A program made the translations under genes and the position numbers. Shown in pieces: positions 59,665 to 64,000 of a stretch of DNA of 64,000 nt. The notes below the pieces were generated by a model. It was given only the letters and a program-made list of their open reading frames with translations. It was not told the origin of the DNA and did not search any database. Source of the stretch: Escherichia phage vB-EcoP-XT18; sequence record OR757434.1. One strand, written 5' to 3'. Position 1 is the stretch's first letter. The number at the start of each line of letters is the position of its first letter.

Positions 59665-60171
59665 CACCGACTTATAGCCCTTGTGTTTACCAGAGGGCTA
59701 TGTGAGGGTGTTCCTCATTAACTTATTAATTCAGGCATATGCCACACCGCTAGGGAGAGCTTGCTCAAACATCCGGTGCTAGACTAAAACCTGTTAATTT
59801 TCGAAAGACTTTCCGGTATGTAGGGGTACGTATTGGTTTGGGATTCAGGAGACTTCCTAGGGGTAGGGAGTCTTCACCAGTTGGAATAAGAGATAGCTCT
59901 AGAACCTGAACTCTTAGGCAGAGAAGGTCGGCAATGAGTACGCGGTCAGGATTAGTCTACTGACTAGGGCTATCCCTTATATCAACTGGCAATAATGCCT
60001 CCACTAACAAAGAGAGATAGGTATGAAAGTATCAACCAAACGTATGAACCGCCCTGAGCGTATGGATGCAGTAGCTAACGGTGCTCTGAAACTGGAAGGC
60101 TTCTGGGTTCATGCAATGTCGGCTATTCGTAACAAGCAAGGTAATTGGACATATAACAGTTAATAAATAAA

Positions 60172-60200
60172 AGGCTGCCTTCGGGCGGCCTTTGTTGTTT
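60172..60200 (+). terminator. rho-independent terminator
   Basis: AGGCUGCC-UUCG-GGCGGCCU then UUGUUGUUUU. Confidence 0.65.
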
Positions 60201-60245
60201 TAATTAAGGGACAACTCTTACTTAAACTAACAAGAGGAAGCTCAA

Positions 60246-60419
60246 ATGTCTAAGCAAACAATCAAGAATACACAAGCTGGTTACTCTTATGTTAACTCTC
60301 CTTGCTGTGGTGCTCGTGTTAATCTGGTTAAGGAAGAGGTTCGTATCGTTCAGCGTGGCGCTACTGTTGTTCGTTCATGCTGTGTCTGTGGTAATGATAT
60401 TTTTATCAAAGGTAAAGTA
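60246..60419 (+). CDS. small zinc-ribbon protein (57 aa, below the track cutoff)
   Basis: CCGA...CCVCG; RBS present. Confidence 0.35.
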
Positions 60420-60643
60420 TGATTATCGTCCACTCTGAACCTAAAGATAATACTTTTGGTAGTCTACGTAATGGTGATGTATTCTCTCTAGAAATAGACG
60501 GGGATACAAAACCTCCTTTATACATGAAGGTTATGCACAGACATGCTATCTGTATAAAGAATCCTGAAACAAGATTCACCTTTGATAGAACTTGCCCTGT
60601 CAAATACTATCAAGCTACCCTAAATGTTAGGAGAGTAGGATGA
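60419..60643 (+). CDS. small early protein, paralog family B
   Basis: SLRNGDVFSLE. Confidence 0.45.
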   Translation: MIIVHSEPKDNTFGSLRNGDVFSLEIDGDTKPPLYMKVMHRHAICIKNPETRFTFDRTCPVKYYQATLNVRRVG

Positions 60644-60891
60644 AAAACTTCCAAGCTGCACCAATAACTAAAGCGATCGCAGTTAGTGATGTGATGATGA
60701 CTGTTCCTCTGAACACTCGTTACATTGCAATTGACAAGATGGGTTATGTATGGGCTTGGAAGATTAAGCCTAGCTATAACGCATTGTTTGACGAGTTTGT
60801 TTGTACTGGTACTTACAGTCCTACATTCTTGGGTTTATTTGGAGAGTTTGAAGGTCAGTATAAAATCATTACTCTCCCTGCTTGTGTTTGA
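60640..60891 (+). CDS. hypothetical protein
   Basis: ORF. Confidence 0.4.
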   Translation: MKNFQAAPITKAIAVSDVMMTVPLNTRYIAIDKMGYVWAWKIKPSYNALFDEFVCTGTYSPTFLGLFGEFEGQYKIITLPACV

Positions 60892-60896
60892 GGTTC

Positions 60897-61132
60897 TGGT
60901 GAAGACTAAAGAGGTTAAATATTTTGGTGAAGTTATTAAAATAGGTAACTCTATAAGATATTTAGCAACTGATAGCAACGGCGAAGTGTATGGGTTTACT
61001 CATAAGCCAGAAATTCGTGGGTATGCTTGGGCACTCCCTTATGGAACTCCATTCGAGACTGGAGGGGCTGTTTATCTTAATGATAATGGACCTCTGTTTG
61101 GGTGGAAAACATCTCTCGTTGAGGTGGTATAA
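60897..61132 (+). CDS. hypothetical protein
   Basis: likely GTG start within track ORF 60725-61132. Confidence 0.35.
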
Positions 61133-61307
61133 TTATGTTCAAGTGGTTTAAATATCTCTTCCATCTCCATGAGTGGGAGACAATCAAAGCGGTTAGTTTA
61201 AATACATACAATGAGTTTGGTAAACTGGAAAGTACCGGAACTCGTTACATACTTCGATGTAAAACATGTGGTCATATCACTAAGCGGGATATGATCTAAG
61301 AGGTGTT

Positions 61308-61517
61308 ATGTTCTTTCGTAAGAAAAAGCCCGAAGATTCTGGATGTAAACATGAGTGGGTGATCACTGAAAACTTACATATCACTCACGCTAAAGACACT
61401 CCAGTTGAAGCGAAAGAGTCTCGTGTATCTCGTGTCTGTAAACGCTGTTTGAAAATAGAACAGCATAAAGTCCCCGGTCATATAGGTCATGATGTGGCCT
61501 TGCGTATCTTCAGTTAA
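61308..61517 (+). CDS. hypothetical protein
   Basis: ORF. Confidence 0.4.
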   Translation: MFFRKKKPEDSGCKHEWVITENLHITHAKDTPVEAKESRVSRVCKRCLKIEQHKVPGHIGHDVALRIFS

Positions 61518-61535
61518 ACAAATTCAGAGGTTAAT

Positions 61536-61844
61536 GTGAAACAAAAGCATTTTATCATCTCAACCTTACTACTAATGACAACCATTGGTATCATCTCTGT
61601 TAATAGTGCAGAGATTGGGGTTAAGTATCAGAGTGTTCAGCAATGCACTCTTAAAGAGCATAGCTTAACTGGTATCAAAGAATCTCATGGTATGGTAAGA
61701 GATGGGCTTCTGTTTGTAGAAACAACTTCTGGTAATCGTGTCATGGCTACTGATGGCAAAGAAACAAAGTATGCCTACTTCCCTGATACAACAGGCTACT
61801 ACACTTTTGAAGAGAAGGATTGTAAGAAGTCTTTCTCTTTATAA
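61536..61844 (+). CDS. secreted or membrane-anchored protein
   Basis: N-terminal hydrophobic signal-like segment. Confidence 0.45.
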   Translation: MKQKHFIISTLLLMTTIGIISVNSAEIGVKYQSVQQCTLKEHSLTGIKESHGMVRDGLLFVETTSGNRVMATDGKETKYAYFPDTTGYYTFEEKDCKKSFSL

Positions 61845-61853
61845 ATAAATCAA

Positions 61854-61928
61854 GTCCCTATAGTTAAAAGGATATAACAGATTTCTTCTAAAAATCCATT
61901 CTAGGTTCGAGTCCTAGTGGGGACGCCA
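61854..61928 (+). tRNA. tRNA-Arg (anticodon UCU) with encoded CCA
   Basis: hand-folded cloverleaf: 7-bp acceptor stem with one G-U, D arm GTTA/TAAC, anticodon stem GATTT/AAATC with loop CTTCTAA, T arm CTAGG-TTCGAGT-CCTAG, discriminator G. Confidence 0.8.
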
Positions 61929-61948
61929 AATCAAATAGGAGGTGTGTT

Positions 61949-62248
61949 ATGAGTTGGGGTGGTGTAATATCCTTAATCTGTATCTTCCTTGTCTGTGTGG
62001 CCCTTACAGGCTGCGTACAGAGCCGTCCTGATAGATGGTGTGCAGTAGCAGTGGATGGTATTTGTGTATCTCGCTGGCATAAAGGTGAGAAGGTTCCTTC
62101 TGGTGAAATTGATATGCGCTGGAACGGAGCAACCTGCTCTAATGCTAACCCTTCTATCAACGAAGAGAAGTCTACGCCAGACAATGTTGTGATTGATACA
62201 GCGTTGTGGTGTGGTGGCTCTACGACTACAACCGGTAAGGAGTGGTGA
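61949..62248 (+). CDS. lipoprotein, candidate superinfection-exclusion protein
   Basis: signal peptide ending in lipobox LTGC. Confidence 0.45.
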   Translation: MSWGGVISLICIFLVCVALTGCVQSRPDRWCAVAVDGICVSRWHKGEKVPSGEIDMRWNGATCSNANPSINEEKSTPDNVVIDTALWCGGSTTTTGKEW

Positions 62249-62249
62249 T

Positions 62250-62447
62250 ATGAATTACACGTCTACAAAGGTGTTAATTGATTCGATTAATAACACCTCA
62301 GAAGCTGTACAGGAGCGTTTAATACAAGATGTAAGCAATGATATTAAGTTCTTTGTTAAACGCCGCCTGTTAGGTTCTAAGGCTTATTACAGAGCTAAAG
62401 CTGAGTTAACTAAGAGAGTGTTTCTCTTACACGGCTTGGTGTATTAA
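62250..62447 (+). CDS. hypothetical protein
   Basis: ORF (track 62193-62447, first plausible ATG at 62250). Confidence 0.35.
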   Translation: MNYTSTKVLIDSINNTSEAVQERLIQDVSNDIKFFVKRRLLGSKAYYRAKAELTKRVFLLHGLVY

Positions 62448-62456
62448 GGAACTCGT

Positions 62457-62678
62457 ATGAAATTAGATTCTAAACAATCCCTTAAAACTGTTGAACTGTC
62501 CACACTGCCAAACGGAAGTATTTTTGGTCATGATAAACACTTCTGGATTAAAACAGACTACTTGAACGATGGGTATATTACCTGCGTCAACCTTTGGAAT
62601 GGTTCAGTGGATGGCTATCGCCCTAGTGCAAAAGTAGTCCCTCAGCCTGATGCAAAGGCTATAGGTTTAGTTTATTAA
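62457..62678 (+). CDS. small early protein, paralog family B
   Basis: TLPNGSIFGHD. Confidence 0.45.
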   Translation: MKLDSKQSLKTVELSTLPNGSIFGHDKHFWIKTDYLNDGYITCVNLWNGSVDGYRPSAKVVPQPDAKAIGLVY

Positions 62679-63213
62679 GGAGTTTATATGAGCTGTTTTG
62701 GTGGTGGTGAAATAGATGACGATTATGACATGGAATCCAACGGTACATGTCCTGATTGTGGGTGTGAAACATTTGATGGAGTGTCAGTATATCCTGCCTG
62801 TAGTTATTCACCAGTAGTTTGTAAAACATGTGGAGATCAACCTTGTGATCAGTCCTGTTAAGAGGTTTTATGACTGAAGAATTTTTAAAGTGGTTTGGAA
62901 ATACCTTCAAAGAATATCTATTCTCTCCAGAAGACTTTGAAGAGCTGAAAACCTACACTTGGTTGGCTTGGAGAGATAGCCGACGAGAGATGAATAAGTA
63001 ATATCGTGAAGGATTCTTACGAGAGTCCTTTGAGATAGGACTTCAGATCTCCTATCAAACTAACATTCACGTAACTAGCCCATAAGGGCGTTACCCTTTA
63101 ATAACCCAGCCCACTAAGGGGGCGGGAGTTTAGTGCTGGATTTAGCATAACGCTTATTCCTACAAAGGCATCCGATTGTTAGATCTTACATGCAATATTA
63201 ATTAATAGGATAA

Positions 63214-63240
63214 GGGAGGATTCGTCCCCTCCCCCTATTT
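63214..63240 (+). terminator. weak hairpin terminator
   Basis: GGGAGG ... CCUCCC then CUAUUUAU. Confidence 0.3.
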
Positions 63241-63650
63241 ATAAATTATCAGGAGGGTGCATTAGCTGATTAGCTGTAGAAGGGAGGCTGATATCTACAG
63301 CGTGGCCCAGAGTTAGTGTACTCTCCTGATGAGTAGATACCTCATCACGGTAAGCTGTGGAATAATCTTTACAGAAGTTACTTAAAGTAGCCTGTACGGC
63401 CCTCAGCAAAGAGTCCGGACGATATCTGAGTGACTTTAAAAACAGATGGAGCCAGGTGGAATCCCTGGCAATCAATTACAGGTATAGCTTATGAGGCTAA
63501 TTAATGCAGAGCCTATGGTAAAGCAGTCGCCCGTGGTCAAATGACCGTATGCCCATTGGGTGCATCCCTTTGGTGATGGCTAGGGAGTCCGAGCGTAGGT
63601 CCGAACCCTACACCTGTAACCAAATCAAACAATATCTAATTGGAGGATGT

Positions 63651-63962
63651 ATGAAAGCTCGAAGAACTATATGGACTCCGATGCAGATTGAAAATCTTCG
63701 GAGACTAATCAAAGAGTACTCTGTTCAAGAGGTTGCTCAGATTATGAATGTAACGGAGAATGCAGTTAATACAGCTTGCACTAAGTTTGGTATATCAAGA
63801 GCTGCAATCCGAGTCAAGTGGTCTAAAGAAGAAGACCAGTTCCTTATCCGTAATGCTGGGTTCATGTCTATTCAGAGAATGGCTGACATGCTCGGTAGAA
63901 GCTATGCTGCTGTACAGAACAGGGCATGTATGCACCTTAACATTAGCCTTAAACTTAAATAG
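63651..63962 (+). CDS. Myb/SANT-like double-HTH DNA-binding protein
   Basis: two W...EE/Q..L.......Q.MA..LGRS..AVQNRA-type repeats; ATG at 63651 with GGAGG RBS inside track ORF 63549-63962. Confidence 0.45.
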   Translation: MKARRTIWTPMQIENLRRLIKEYSVQEVAQIMNVTENAVNTACTKFGISRAAIRVKWSKEEDQFLIRNAGFMSIQRMADMLGRSYAAVQNRACMHLNISLKLK

Positions 63963-64000
63963 GAATCAATATGAAAGTTAACGAGTTAAATAGAACTACC

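Noticed and set aside
63320-63350. CTGATGAG, resembling the hammerhead ribozyme core
   Set aside because: It forms one arm of a simple hairpin (TGATGAG/CTCATCA); no GAAA element or three-stem junction is present.
63477-63622. Candidate tRNA gene (T-arm-like stem-loop followed by an acceptor strand, discriminator and CCA)
   Set aside because: The complementary 5' acceptor strand is 146 nt upstream and no credible D or anticodon arms could be folded; kept only as a tRNA-like element in the findings.

Overview
This window looks like about 64 kb of a virulent, tailed dsDNA phage of an enterobacterial host; no integrase or repressor is visible. All calls are from reading the sequence and ORF track by eye; no searches or folding were run. 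Layout: (1) a plus-strand replication and nucleotide-metabolism module (1-21756) with a T7-like helicase (5' truncated at the window edge), a family-A DNA polymerase encoded as two ORFs about 9.8 kb apart, dCTP deaminase, ThyX, thioredoxin, PhoH, a Dps-like protein, an overlapped spanin pair, a macro-domain protein, an ECF-like sigma factor, a dNMP kinase, a 5'-3' exonuclease and several HNH endonucleases; (2) a convergent minus-strand late module (50469-21801) with terminase, portal, scaffold, capsid, tail fibre, lysozyme and large internal virion proteins; (3) a plus-strand early region (51726-64000) of small genes, one tRNA-Arg(UCU) and an ORF-free 1.6 kb stretch carrying sigma70-type promoters each followed by a boxA-like element. 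The phage sigma factor plus a recurring TAATGTATA motif upstream of middle/late genes resembles phiEco32-like phages, but that assignment is from memory. Most notable: the split polymerase with a CCA/poly(A)-polymerase-like nucleotidyltransferase beside it, a GGGAAAG -1 frameshift site joining the capsid gene to an Ig-like domain, a tail-fibre gene broken inside perfect 90-bp tandem repeats, and the promoter-boxA early locus.
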